NCBI GenBank assembly: GCA_000934665.2
Contig: KZ538983.1
Location: forward strand, 1-37,623
DNA length: 37,623 nucleotides
Source: Catajapyx aquilonaris
Lineage: Eukaryota
Direction of reading: 5' to 3'
Under the pieces are notes generated by a model. It was not told the DNA's origin, made no database searches, and saw only the letters and a list, made by a program, of their open reading frames with translations. The position numbers were made by a program, and so were the translations under genes. Of this stretch, positions 1 to 12,185 are shown in pieces (the first letter of the stretch is position 1; every line of letters starts with the position of its first letter).

Positions 1-323
1 GGGGGCTTAAAAATGACCAAAAAGTTAACCATATGATTTATTTAAAAGAAAACCATTGTGATTCATTACTTCTCAGTCATCCCATATACCAGTAAACTGA
101 GACACCACGATAATAATTCAGTATAAATAGCTGAAATGAAAAGAGAAGTCAAAATTTTAAATTGAAAAATATATTGTGAATTAAGGAAGTTTCTTACCCT
201 CATGTTAGTAAATAATCTTGTACTTCTGTAGGAGCTGCCAGCTAAACACTGATGATAAACATATTTTAATTTTACTTGAATGGCTTACAACTTTAAAATT
301 TGTAATTCTTGAGAGATACTCAC

Positions 324-3300
324 CTTACAAAGTATTCATTATCTTTGGCCCATTGCTGCAGTGACCTTTTCATTTCCTGTAATTTGGTGTCTGCTTTGCC
401 TTTGTAGTAAATGAAGTAAACAATTTCCTCGTATCTGAAAATATTTACGATTGTTAGAGAAATATCAATAGTAAGTGAAAATACTCAAATGCAGCTCCAG
501 TTACTTTTTGGGCAATGTTGGTGGAACATCTTTTTCTTCAATTTTCTTTGCCTGATAAACATCATGCTTGCTAAAAGAGTAAGCTTCAAAAATTGGGTTT
601 TTGTTCCCATGGCCATAGTTGAAGCGGCACTTGCTAACCACAATGTCCTTATCTGGGACCCCATTTTTTATTCCATCTTTGATGCTTTGCTCAGTCTGAA
701 ACCAAATTAATCATCAGAACTCTTAGTAATATTAATCCACCAACTATGTTCAGTCATGTACCCTTGCAGTTGTAGGCAAGTTGAAGATTACTTTTAATAC
801 ATTTTAACTATAAAACAACTAACCAGTGCTTTGTCCAGTACTGACAGCTTTCCAATGAATCCATAAAAATCTCTCTGCTGAATTCTATCCAAAATTTTTC
901 TTGATTCACTCAGATTTTCATCCTGGCTGTACAGGATCTCATAGAAGATGTAGTCGCTAAGTTTTGTATAGTCAGACATCTGAGACATGTCTCTGGAAGC
1001 TTCACTGAGGTTCCGCCTGGTGCCAATAGCCACGAAATATGAAAGTATCACATATTTTGAGGAGTATCAAATATCTCACATGTCATTTAACAGGAATTAA
1101 ATGGTGTACAATATCTATTATACAATATATGAGCTTCCATTCATTATGTTTGCAGGTGAAGTCTGATATGCACTTATTTAACTAGAAGCACTCAAGCACA
1201 GGGAGTACCAATCTTCCCTTCACAATATTGGTCTCCCTCTAGAGCAGACTTCTCAAATAATGGTCTGCATCCCACTGGCGGGCTGTGAGGGCCCTCCAAG
1301 TGGGTTGCAACATGAAAACAGTCGAACTTCTTGAGCAAATTAACTGGTAAATAAATTTGCTTATGCCTTATGGCAGGGGTTCCCAACCTGGGAGTCATGG
1401 TCCCCCAAGGGGGCCTTGGAGCAGGCATTGTACCATATTTGGTGTTTTGTATTAATATTGTGGGGAAATTTCTTGTATTGTTTGGCTGCTTCATTAAAGA
1501 TTTATGTACATTACTTTTGCAAGGGGGGCCGTGGAGAAATTTTAGGTGATTTGGGGGGTCGCGGGTGCAAAAAGGTTGGGAACCCCTGCCTTTGGAGACC
1601 ATGTTTTCAAAGCGAGATCTGTGATTTGAAAAAGTTTGAGAAATGCTGCTCTAGATTATTATCAATTAGATTTTGAACCTAATGCTGCACAGAATATTTG
1701 GATTGTGTTGGTGGGGGACACCCCAGTGCCCAAGTACTCCATTCAAAAGGGAGATAGCGAAATACTATGAATTGTTTACCCCAGCAAACAGTTTAATGAG
1801 AAGCAAAAAAAAATCACAAGAAGCTAATTTTGCCATGATCATTGCTGCCATCAGATGGCTTCTCTCTAGGAGCGGAAAAGGCATTTTTTTGATCCTTAAG
1901 ACTGCAGGATCAAAAAATACTTTTTCCCCTCCTCCCCACATTTCCATCCACTTCCTTACAGACACTTAAAGCAGTGTCACCATTGCTACATATCTACAAG
2001 TATAACCTATACTAAGGGTAGCAGACAGACAGAAAATACTTATGTATCACACAATTGGAGATGCTTCTTGGTCACAGGCTGATATTTTTAGACAGTGTTC
2101 ACCAATTACTCAGAAGGTGCTATCCTCTCACCATACAAGGGAAATGTTTGGCAAGGAGTGACTATAGTGGGGTGTGGGGATATTAACAATAGGGCTGGAG
2201 TAGCCTTTCGATAGAGTGGTTACAACAAGGAAAATGTTCTGTTAGCAATAAAATTATTGGAAGATAGTAAGGTTTTTTATCAACTTAAATATGAGATACC
2301 TATACATACAGTATGGTATACTTGCCATTCATCAGCAGCAACTAGAGCATCAATTATCATTTCTTCCACTACTTTGCTCACTCGATGTTGGTAAGCCTGC
2401 CTGTGGAGTTTTTCTCTTATCGTGAACATTTCAATCAAATTTTCAATTTCCTTGTCGCGGTATGCTATATGACCATCAATGACACGGGAAAATTTCATGA
2501 CACGATGGTAGTCAAAGGATGTCTTTATATTCAGGTGCAAGCCATCTCTCAAAAGGTAATCCCATTTGTCCACATCTATTCCCGTCTTCTTGTTGTTCAC
2601 AATCTGCAAAGTAATTCCTGTTTCAAACAGCAATTCGATCATGTGGAGGTGGCATTAAATTAAGCTTACCTCATATAAGAATGGCTTGCCTGCTCTTGAC
2701 AAAGTTGACATATGTGTATCATCAGCCCGCCAGATAAGTTCTCCAATGAAAACCAAGTCATCATCATTCAACTCCCAACAGGGTTTTTCAATGAGATTGT
2801 TTTCTTTGACTAAATGTTTAAACATTGCAATAGATTTAGTTTCATGCTGTAACAAAAACACCACATACTGTGTTACATTTGCTAAACATATTCGCATCAA
2901 TGTAACTTCAGTAACTGTGTACAGTGTAAGTCACAAGTCGTCATGTAAACAAAATTTTTCACCTCGATCAGCACTCACTTTCCAAACATTATGATCACCA
3001 TGTACCTCTTGACGATGCAAAAACCGTTCCCACAAGTGTGAAAAGGGACCATGTCCCAGGTCATGGCAAAGACCAGCAATTTGTAGGCACAGAATGTCTT
3101 TAGGAGTAATATCCAACTCAGGTTGCTGCTGCTGCAAATTCCGACTGTACTCTCCAGCTAAGTGGCACACACTGCAATTAATAACACCATTAAATATTCC
3201 TGGAAGCCCAAAAGACTTGAGAATTTACCCAATGCTGTGCTCAAATCTGTTATGTGCAGCTCCTGGATACACATAATAAGAGCTGCCCAATTGCTTCAAG

Positions 3301-5080
3301 TCACGCAGTCGTTGGAACTGGATTGTGTCCACTATTGCCATGCATATCTCTGGCAGTTCAATATGCCCATGGACACTGTCATTAATGATCTTCATTGGCT
3401 TCTTTGGCTCTACTGGGAAAGAGAAGTGGCAAGTATTACAACAATGCAAAGTGCTTCTGGCCACCAGCATGTTGTGCACACCTGGGCATTTCCATGATGC
3501 ATCCGTCTGTTCATAACACAAGTTTTGCCTACGTGCACAACTGTATTTTATCATAACAATGACAGGATGCATGCACTGCATGCTTAATCCATTTCATGCA
3601 ATGTGTGTGTATTATTGTTGCAATAAAATATGCTAACATGTCTACATGCTACATGCTACATGCAAAACCTGCGTTACGAACGGACAGTATGTCTGTGTTT
3701 GCGTGGAAATGCCCACCTCTTCAAGTGGCCTCACTTGCTTTTCTGTTGTGACATCATTATCAATCCTTAGCGTGATTAGATTTTATTAATTTAATTGGAT
3801 TTTCTCAGGCAATTAGTAATCAATTATAGTACTTATTTGATTACGAGAATTAATATTCAACTACATAATATATTATAATTAACGTTGGTATGGCATAATA
3901 TTTGAAAGCCACTTTTTAAAACATCAATAACTTTTACCATCCAAAATCATGCCATATGTCAGTAACAGTGGTTGTCCAGTGCCATAAATCATGAGAATAA
4001 CAATCATGTAAATACGTGACACAACTTTTGGATATTTGAGAGGTGTGGTGGAAAACATAATAACTGACACTTTTGTCATTTTTCGCCTAAACACCTAGCA
4101 ACTATGTTAGACATTACAAACAGTTTGGTATACTCCAAGTTCACGTATCATGCACGAGAACGAGACGGCCACACGGGCTAGATCAAAACCAAAATTCGGT
4201 TTGATTTGTTAAGAAAATGCAAACTTCAATTCTCTCTCCTGAAAAATGACACCTTTGTCAGTTATCATGTTTTTCCTCCACACCCCTCATTTCGTGTGAT
4301 GCAGTGCCCTTTGAGTGGAGCCAGTTGAAAAAGTTGTATGCCCATAAGGTTTAACTTTTCAGGAGGCATCATCTACACAAGCATCTACCATTTCATGAAA
4401 AGTAAAAATTACCCGATGTTCACCTTTTGTGCTGATGACTGTGGAAAAATCGCGACACTGACTGCGACTTTACAAAGTGGAATAAATTTTACAATGCTAG
4501 GAACTATGGCGAAACTGACATGTAACTTTCCATCTGACATTATGAGGATGAACATTTGCTTATAGATCTTGTGTTCATGAAAAGGTAAAAAACCACTACC
4601 TTGACTGGAAAGTTGCATGACTTTTTACAGAAGTGTACAACTCGGAGGTATATTATAATGAAGGGACACATTCTCAGGATCAGGATCATGATAGGCCGCA
4701 GATCATGCAATAATTTTGAGCAAGGTTGTTCCAAATCATTTCTGATGATGAAGTGGCGATTTTGCGATATTAAATGTATTAACACCCTTCAGAGCAGGTT
4801 ATATCGGAACTTTAAACTACTTTCCTTCAATAAAACGTTGCAACCTGTTCTTCCTGTCACCGATAATGTATACAAGGCCCCACCCTGCGAATAATTGCTA
4901 AGGCGGAACTCGTCCAATATGAACATGTATGACAGAATAATGACTATCAGTTAGTAGAGCAGGTCAGGGACCCCGGTAATGGCGCCAAATTGAATCTGGC
5001 ACATGAGCCAAGGCGGGCAGGCATTGAAGGACGTTACATAATATTAGTTGACCACGCGAACAGATAACTTACGTACCCAT
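324..5080 (-). CDS. SAMHD1: SAMHD1-like deoxynucleoside triphosphate triphosphohydrolase (HD domain, no SAM domain); multi-exon, 3' end unresolved
   Basis: Inferred exons (minus): 5080-5077 (ATGG|gtacgt), 3412(or 3409)-3229, 3171-2979, 2846-2670, 2603-2326, 1016-824, 695-505, 434-324; all phases are compatible. Motifs: [90 protein letters not shown] further exon lies at ~241-198, but its acceptor and stop are ambiguous. Confidence 0.9.
1245..1648. mobile_element. hAT (Charlie-like) MITE, outer element
   Basis: Termini CAGACTTCTCAAA / TTTGAGAAATGCTG; 8-bp TSD ctctagag (1237-1244) / ctctagat (1649-1656), typical NTCTAGAN target. Confidence 0.75.
1374..1588. mobile_element. hAT MITE nested inside the previous MITE
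   Basis: TIR CAGGGGTTCCCAACCT / AGGTTGGGAACCCCTG; degenerate flanks ccttatgg / cctttgga. Confidence 0.8.
3484..3714. mobile_element. MITE with 4-bp TSD (Sola2-like), copy 1
   Basis: TIR GGGCATTTCCA / TGGAAATGCCC; TSD acct/acct; homologous to 7547-7758 in inverted orientation. Confidence 0.75.
4038..4288. mobile_element. Sola2-like MITE
   Basis: About 45-bp imperfect TIRs GAGAGGTGTGGTGGAAAACAT... / ...ATGTTTTTCCTCCACACCCCTC; 4-bp TSD attt/attt; GRG...CYC termini. Confidence 0.7.
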
Positions 5081-5528
5081 AGTTCCGGACGCAGATCAGC
5101 TAGCAGATGAGCCTGTTAATTTGATTACGTAGCGGAACCCAAGGCCGGAAAAGCATATGCGCGCAAGTAGGGCAGATGATGACTCACACTTGACGTGCGC
5201 GGGATACAGTTAGAATAAAATCACCCTGGAGATTCTATCTGGCAGACTACCTGCCTCTGTGGCACGTGCCCTGTTGTTACGTCTTGTTATATACCCCAGC
5301 AGTCTACCCCCATTGCCAGCTTGAGTGCTGGAAATAAACACAAACCTTACCGGCTGCTGCTCATTATCGATTCAGCAGTATTGATTAAGCAGGTGCACTT
5401 GTCTCCTAAAGGGCAGGGGGACCCAGGGGTACTCTCCATGGATTTGCCAATAACAAGGGTTACGTAACACATAGGCCAGTTTGTTACAAGAGAACAGCTG
5501 CTGTTGCATCCGAAAAGAGCAGGGTAGA
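5081..5528. promoter_or_regulatory. Putative bidirectional promoter and 5' UTRs between SAMHD1-like and CFAP418
   Basis: Divergent start codons at 5080(-) and 5529(+); locally GC/CpG-richer; TGACTCA (5180), TGACGT (~5192), GGCACGTGCC (5261-5270), GTTACGTAAC (5459-5468). Confidence 0.65.
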
Positions 5529-8500
5529 ATGGCGGACGATTTGGATGACCTGCTGGACGAGGTGGAGTCCAAGTTTGTTGAGAATGTACCGCAAGTCAAA
5601 ACAAAGTCGCTGTCAGCGTTCGAGTCATACGGCAATGGCAATTCAAGGAATCATAACAAAGTGTAAGTTAGTCAGATGTGAGTTTCTAGGAGATGTTAGT
5701 CTGGCACGAATAAACATCTTGATTTCTTATTGGATTATAATGCATGGTATTGATTTGTCTCTTGTTGTTCAGCAGGTCAATTGAATCGTACGAAATTGAC
5801 GACCTGCTCCGGGATGACCCCCCATTGCCACCGCCAGTGGCCACCAGAACAAGCCTGCCAACAATTCCGTCCTCCGCGAAAACCTGCTATCCTGTCTTCC
5901 TGGGAGGAAGTTCCATTGCTGTGGGATGTTCCCGAGGAGATGTACCAAAGTAACTGAATTGTTCTTAACAAAGCAAGAGCATAAAGAGGGCTGTGTAGTA
6001 ATGAGCACAGTGACAGAGATTTACTTCAAAGGTGTTCAGTAAATAACCAGTCATGTCCATACGATATCTGTACTTTAGCATACAATATCGAATTCTGTTG
6101 GTGCAGAGTCATCACTACTTTTACACTTAACTCTGAGTTAGAACTCATATCCATCTTTATCATAATGCTCATCACTGAATAGTCGTACCTTAGAAAAGTG
6201 GTGGGGGTCAAATAGATAAAATGTGCAGTGCTCAGCAGTGTTGCAGTCCAAGCGTCAACAAAAACCTGACTAAGATTACATTTCTCCCATAGTTATCGAC
6301 ACCTAACAGATACCAGAGAGGGGTGTAAAATTATATCATACTTATATCAACACTTACCTTTTAAAATAATTTTGCGTCTCACTTGCAATGTCACCTTGAC
6401 ACATGCACAAAATTGATACGCCATATGCAAGAAAGTACAAAGGTGTTCAAATAAATGTTATCTAGCAACAGAGTAATTCCAGTCAACTGATAGGGCTAAG
6501 AGCATAACCCATGTCATTTCATTTGATACATTAATCTACTCTATCACACTCCTTGAAAGATTTTAGTAGTCGATAAAAATCTGAGAAACACTCAAATATG
6601 CATTCATTCACTACCTTAAAGCCGGTACCGACGTAAGAGTTTTCTCTCATAAGAGGAGCCAACTGCGCATGCCTGGATACGAGGAAAGAGGAAAAGTTGA
6701 AAATTTTCAACTTTAATCCCCTTTTAGAGGGACAAGAGGGGCCCTGAGGCGACAAAGAGTCCGTCTCGACGTACAAGATTTCTCGCGTAAGAGGACTCTT
6801 ATGAGAGAAACTCTAACGTGGATACCGGCTTTTACGCCAAAAATTCCAAATGGATGCTTTGCCAGGATAGGATAAATTATTATAGGAATTTTCTTCCAAA
6901 CCGTTACTAGCTTTTTGCATCCAGATCAATGTGCCACTAATATCACCAGCTGCTATATTCGACCACTCCTGAGAATTATTGGGCCTTCGGGTGGGGCACA
7001 TAACTTTCCACAAAAATGACAACTTCCTGCAAAATTTGCAATAACTAAAAAGCACATGAGCACATAAGGTAAATATACCAATTTGTGGCCCACCCATTTT
7101 TCTAGTCCAATTTTATGACCACCTGTAGAAGAAATTAAATAACAAGAGTTCAGAACCCAGCAATTAACTAACTTGGCAGCACCTCCTACACTTATATTTG
7201 ACTACCTGTACTGAGGGAACGGTCAGGGGTGAGTTGGTTTTCAAGAAATAAATTAGAGTGTCGAGTTCTGCACAGCCACAGAGTGATATGAGGTGAAAAG
7301 TGCCCATTCCGTTCGAGTTTCATTTAAAAATAATAATTGGACACATTTATTTTAAAATGGAGAAACAATTTGAAGGTTACAAGTATGTGAAGATCCCCCG
7401 TACCTCTCGTGAATGTTTGTTCTAACTGTACAGAAGCAATGAAGAGTTAGTGTGGGTGTCAGTAATTGGAGGCTGAAATCTTCCATTGGCCAATTGATGA
7501 CACACATGTAAACAATAGGGTTTGCTATATTTATATTCTTATTGTAGGGCATTTCCACACAAACACAGACATACTGTCCGTTCGTAACGCAGATTTTGTC
7601 GACATGTACTAGCATATTTTATTGTAACAATACGCACCCATTGCATGAAATGGGTTAAACATGCAGTGCATGCATCCTGGCATTGTTATAATAAAATACA
7701 CTTGTGCATGTAGGCAAAACTTGTGTTACGAACGGACAGAGGCATCGTGGAAATTCCCTGTCATAGTCTAATGCATACACAAAGGGCCAAAATGGAACAT
7801 TCACTGCATAAACAATTGTATGACTCAATAAACGAAATATTGATCCTGTTCCCACCCCCTGGGTCACCAGCATGTTTTTAAGGGTTGAGGAGAAAGCCAG
7901 GAAAATATAATAAAAGCAAAAAAATAAGAAAAAAACTAGGCAAAGGATGATGATTTTAGGGGGAAAATTCATCTCAAATCTACATAAGTATTGTTACAGG
8001 TTGAACATTTTGGCAATAAAAACGTTACGGCAGGATTGGGGGGGGGGGGGGGGNGGGGGGGAGGGGAGAGGTCATACGGGTCACAAGCTCGAGGAAAGGT
8101 TGTATATAGGGTCATGACGAAAGGTTAATTGTGAACCACTGCTGGACAGTCAGGATAAATATTTTGTCAATAGAGTCGTACAATATAATATTCCTTATGA
8201 GTGGTACTGTACACATGCTTCAAAAAGAGGCATAAAAACATCAGTTATAGAGTGAGCCAGACTCTGGCAAAATCCAGAACCCGCATCATACCGGAAAAAC
8301 CGGTTTTCTTAATAAAAATTAAAGATTGGGATTTTCAGAGAGAAAAATGGGTGTCACAAACGGGTCATGATGCTGCATGACAGCCAAATTCCCTTTGTGC
8401 GGTATTCAGTATGCATTATGGAAACTAAAACACAGATTCAGGTAGAGCATGAAATTGCCTATCCAGACATGTCTGTAACGTTCTTTTACTCTTTTGGGTG

Positions 8501-9854
8501 TTATGTGCAGATCCCAAAATCTGTATTTTTTCCCTTAAGATGGTACATAAATTGGTATGTTTACCTTATTTCGTACATAGCTTTCTGCTGATTCATAAAA
8601 ATATTCCGCTTTTTAATGCAGCAAGCAAAATATTGTCCTCAATTACTGGTTGCTGTAAATTATTAGGAACTTACTTCTCTTCAATAGTGTTTCTTCTTCA
8701 CTAACACCTTGCTAACACAAACTGCAGGCACTCAGCAAAGGCAGATGTCAGATCACCATGCCTCTGCCCTCAGAAATGGTAAAATCTGATGCCACAAGTT
8801 TCCACAAAAAATGGTACAATGACTAGTCTTGTGTGGGATTGCACATAACCATAAATATGCAGCAGTTTGACAGCAGGCTGGGCATGGTATGTGCTAATGT
8901 AAATAATTTTCCATCCCCATCAGGTATCATATTACTCCTCTCACACAGCCGAACCTTTCTTGATAAAGAGTTCTGGGTTTTAACAAGGAATATAAGCGGG
9001 CCTGGGACAAGTTGTGCATGGCCAGCATGGGATAGTTTAGGATTTGTTGACTGGCAAAGGGGACTGGCATTGGGAATTTTTGTGTGTAGGCAGTGTCTAC
9101 CAGTGTGCCTAGGAAGATGACTTGAAAGCAAACTCTGCTTAAAAGAAGACAAACACTTCCTACTTAAAAGAAACTGACTAAATATCATTTGTAACAGTCA
9201 ATTACTATTTCGAACCCGGACGAGGTCGGTAATTTTTCTCCGGGTGGTAGAAAAGTGAGAGCGCACCTTCCTTCGGAGGGGAAGTAAAGCTGTCGGTCCC
9301 GTGTTCTTGTGACATTGCGCGAGTCCACGTTTAAAGATCCCCAGAGTGGCCAAATTTTCAGGAGGACCACCCCCACCTAGCGTCAGTGTTGAGCCTTGAG
9401 GCAGAATCAGGCCAACGTTAAGCCTCACTGATAAAATAAAAGTCAATTTCTATTACCAACTATTCAACCACACCCGAAAATAATTGAGGTGCAAAATGTT
9501 ATACAAAAATAACAAATCAGGGCAAAATCAGGATACTTATTAGAACACACTATAGGCTACATTAAAACCACACAAATAACCACTCATTTTTTCTTCATAT
9601 GCAGGTCATGCAGCAAGCTGCGATGCCTGGAGTGTGACTTCCTGGTGAGCATGTTTGACCACTTCAAGTGGTCAAGGACCACTGATTACCTCTTCCTGCG
9701 GAACAACATGCCTGATTTTGTTCGACTCAAGGCCAATCTCATTCCTTCCCGTGGGGTCAGAGCCTATGCTTGTCAATGTAGGTGGAGGTCAGTTCTTTCC
9801 TTAGTTCAATTGGAGACTGACCATGACCTGAAGTGGGTTTGTTGTGGCCATTAA
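5529..9854 (+). CDS. CFAP418: Cilia- and flagella-associated protein 418 (C8orf37 homolog), ~186 aa
   Basis: Exons 5529-5662, 5773(or 5776)-5949, 9605-9854 (GT-AG, phase 2/2). N-terminus MADDLDDLLDEVESKF; KTCYPVFLGGS; C-terminal SCSKLRCLECDF...DYLFLRNNMPDF...RAYACQCRWRS...LKWVCCGH, matching the C8orf37/RMP family. Confidence 0.92.
6619..6831. mobile_element. PIF/Harbinger-like MITE
   Basis: TIR AAGCCGGTA..ACGT..GAG..TTCTCTCATAAGAG and its inverse; TTA TSD on both sides. Confidence 0.75.
7547..7758. mobile_element. MITE with 4-bp TSD (Sola2-like), copy 2
   Basis: GGGCATTTCCAC...GTGGAAATTCCC; reverse-complement homolog of 3484-3714; flanks tgta/tgtc. Confidence 0.75.
9210..9440 (+). mobile_element. 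5'-truncated tRNA-derived SINE
   Basis: Starts at a B-box remnant TTCGAACCCGG and ends in an A-rich tail; 14-bp TSD agtcaattactatt (9196-9209) / agtcaatttctatt (9441-9454); the body CACGTTTAAAGATCCCCAGAGTGGCCAAATT resembles arthropod Meta/Ruka-type SINE cores. Confidence 0.75.
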
Positions 9855-10774
9855 ATGATCTGCACATTCTAGCAACGAATTTGTGATAATTAATGAATTC
9901 CAGAAGTGCAATTTGATGTAAGACTGGTTTAGTGCTGTGGATAATTTCACAAGTGCTACATGTACTATCAGTCCAACAAGAATTGTTGCAGCAGCAGCGC
10001 ACGAACTACAATCTACGAGCACAGGTATACGAGAGACTGTAGTTCGTGCGCTGCCCCTTACGACAATTCTTGTTGGACACCAGGTACAATTGGTAGCAAA
10101 ATTACATATTCTTTATAAGATGTTATTAAAATAGAAAGCAAATGAAACATTTCTGTATTTACATGCCCCCAATATGTCAAAAATTGTTCACACCACTTCA
10201 TCAGGTCTTAGGAGTATCCCACTGTCAATTATAGCCCTAAATCTTAGATAATTGAACAGGCACATGAACTCAAACAGACCTTAGATTTTTCCCAAAAGAA
10301 AATGAAAATTATGGGTTCAATCACTTAATGCCTGATTGTATCAACTACAGTAAAGGAGGATATCTTCAGTTATGTATTGGGAATTCCTATGTGTCACAAT
10401 TCCCGAGATATTCCATAATATGCAAATTAGATAAATCTCTGAATAGGTATTAGGTATTCACAATACATAACTTAACAAAAACAGGGATTTTCTCTTCAAT
10501 TTGCATTATGCAATTGGCTCTTTCTCCATATGAGTTATCATCTGTTACTTCTAACTATCAGAAGCCATTGGAAATTGCTTAACAAGTATGTTCATTAATT
10601 GGGGGTGTAGCCCTGGTGTAACACCAGTGTAGGCACAGTATGTTGATTCCACTGTGGAAATAGGAGGGGGTGTGCCCTAGCCTCACTGAATTTGTTTATT
10701 TTTTAGCAAGGTAGAAGCAAGCAATAGGGTAAAGCAACTTGGCAAAAACTCATTTTGAGTGTCAACTAGGGCTC

Positions 10775-10897
10775 ATGCCCAATTGCACCAACGAAATTAC
10801 CGATTCGATAGCTCCTAACAGATCATTAGGACACCCTTTGTCCTAACGATCTGTTAGGAGTTATCGAATCAGTAATTTCGTTGGTGCTATCGGGCAT
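10775..10897. repeat. Near-perfect fold-back (~59-bp arms, 5-nt loop), probably a small palindromic MITE
   Basis: ATGCCCAATTGCACCAACGAAATTAC...TTAGGACA ccctt TGTCCTAA...GTAATTTCGTTGGTGCTATCGGGCAT. Confidence 0.8.
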
Positions 10898-12185
10898 CAA
10901 TGAACCAACTGCGAATAACTGATACTTTATCAGTGCTGGCTGCTTAAAATTGGGCTAACCTGAGTGTGCTAATATGAATGTGACAATGTGAATGATAATA
11001 ATGAGATATGAGTCTCCTGTGGGCCTTACAGTTACTTACAGTACTTACAAGTTAATGGTATCTGAAAAATGCACTCCCTACATACCAATAGATAAACATC
11101 AAACATAAAAAATTTGCACATTTTAAAACCAAAATGCCATTGTTCACTACTACTGAGGCCCTAAGTGGCCCAGGTATATTTTGGATGCGAGGAACAATGA
11201 GAAAAGGTAAGCATCCTTCCTAGCAAATTATGGAAATTTTTGTAATATTCCACAGCAAATTGTCATACAATATATTAGCAAAAACTCAAAGCACTTGCTT
11301 CCAATGAAAGTGGCTGTGTGAATGCACCCTTAAAATTCTTGCATTCATATGGATGACACAATTATGGTTTCATACTATTTTGCCTAAACGAGTTTCCTGC
11401 CAGTTTCATTCCCAGACATCATATTAATGATTTCATCCAAAGACATTTCATCTGATGGAAAAGGCATTAAATATATTATTAGTTTTCCTGCATGAAGTGA
11501 ACAAGTGGTTTTTCCTTGCCCTAACCAGCAGCAGTACAACTTAAATATATTCCAAAGTGACTTTTGCGAAGGATGGGGCAAAACCATATTGTAAGAGGAA
11601 ATGTCTCTGCTGATACTGTTAAAAACATGGCTCTTAATTTCGCATTCTTCTGGGGACAAATATTTCCACTTGATTCACTATGATACACTTCAATGTGATT
11701 CAAGTAGCTAAACAGAGTGAAATCATCAGCAAAATGTACAGGGGTGCATGAAATTCTGTTATCTTGTAGTACTTTTACAATATTGCCACCATGGCATCCC
11801 ACATTGTCAACCTTCATCTCAAGTCAGGGGTCTATTAGTTTAATCCTATTAACGTACCTATTAGCTTAATGATACTATTAGCTTAGTTCTACCCTGACTC
11901 CCGTGTAAGCTCTGGTGTTACACTAGTGCAGTAATGGTTGCATGTTCATAATCGACCTTGAAAGGCTGGTGTACAACTTTCATGTACTGACTTACACTGT
12001 GACATCGTTACAATACGAGTACATTCGGATGTTACTGCATCAGCTGATACACAAGTAGACCTGCTCATATCCACTGGGACTAGGGTCACCCATGACTGCA
12101 CATAATTTTGATAGTTCAATATTAAACTGCAATTTCCTCTCACAGTTCCTGGACATATTTTATTGTGAAAATATTTCTTAACTGA

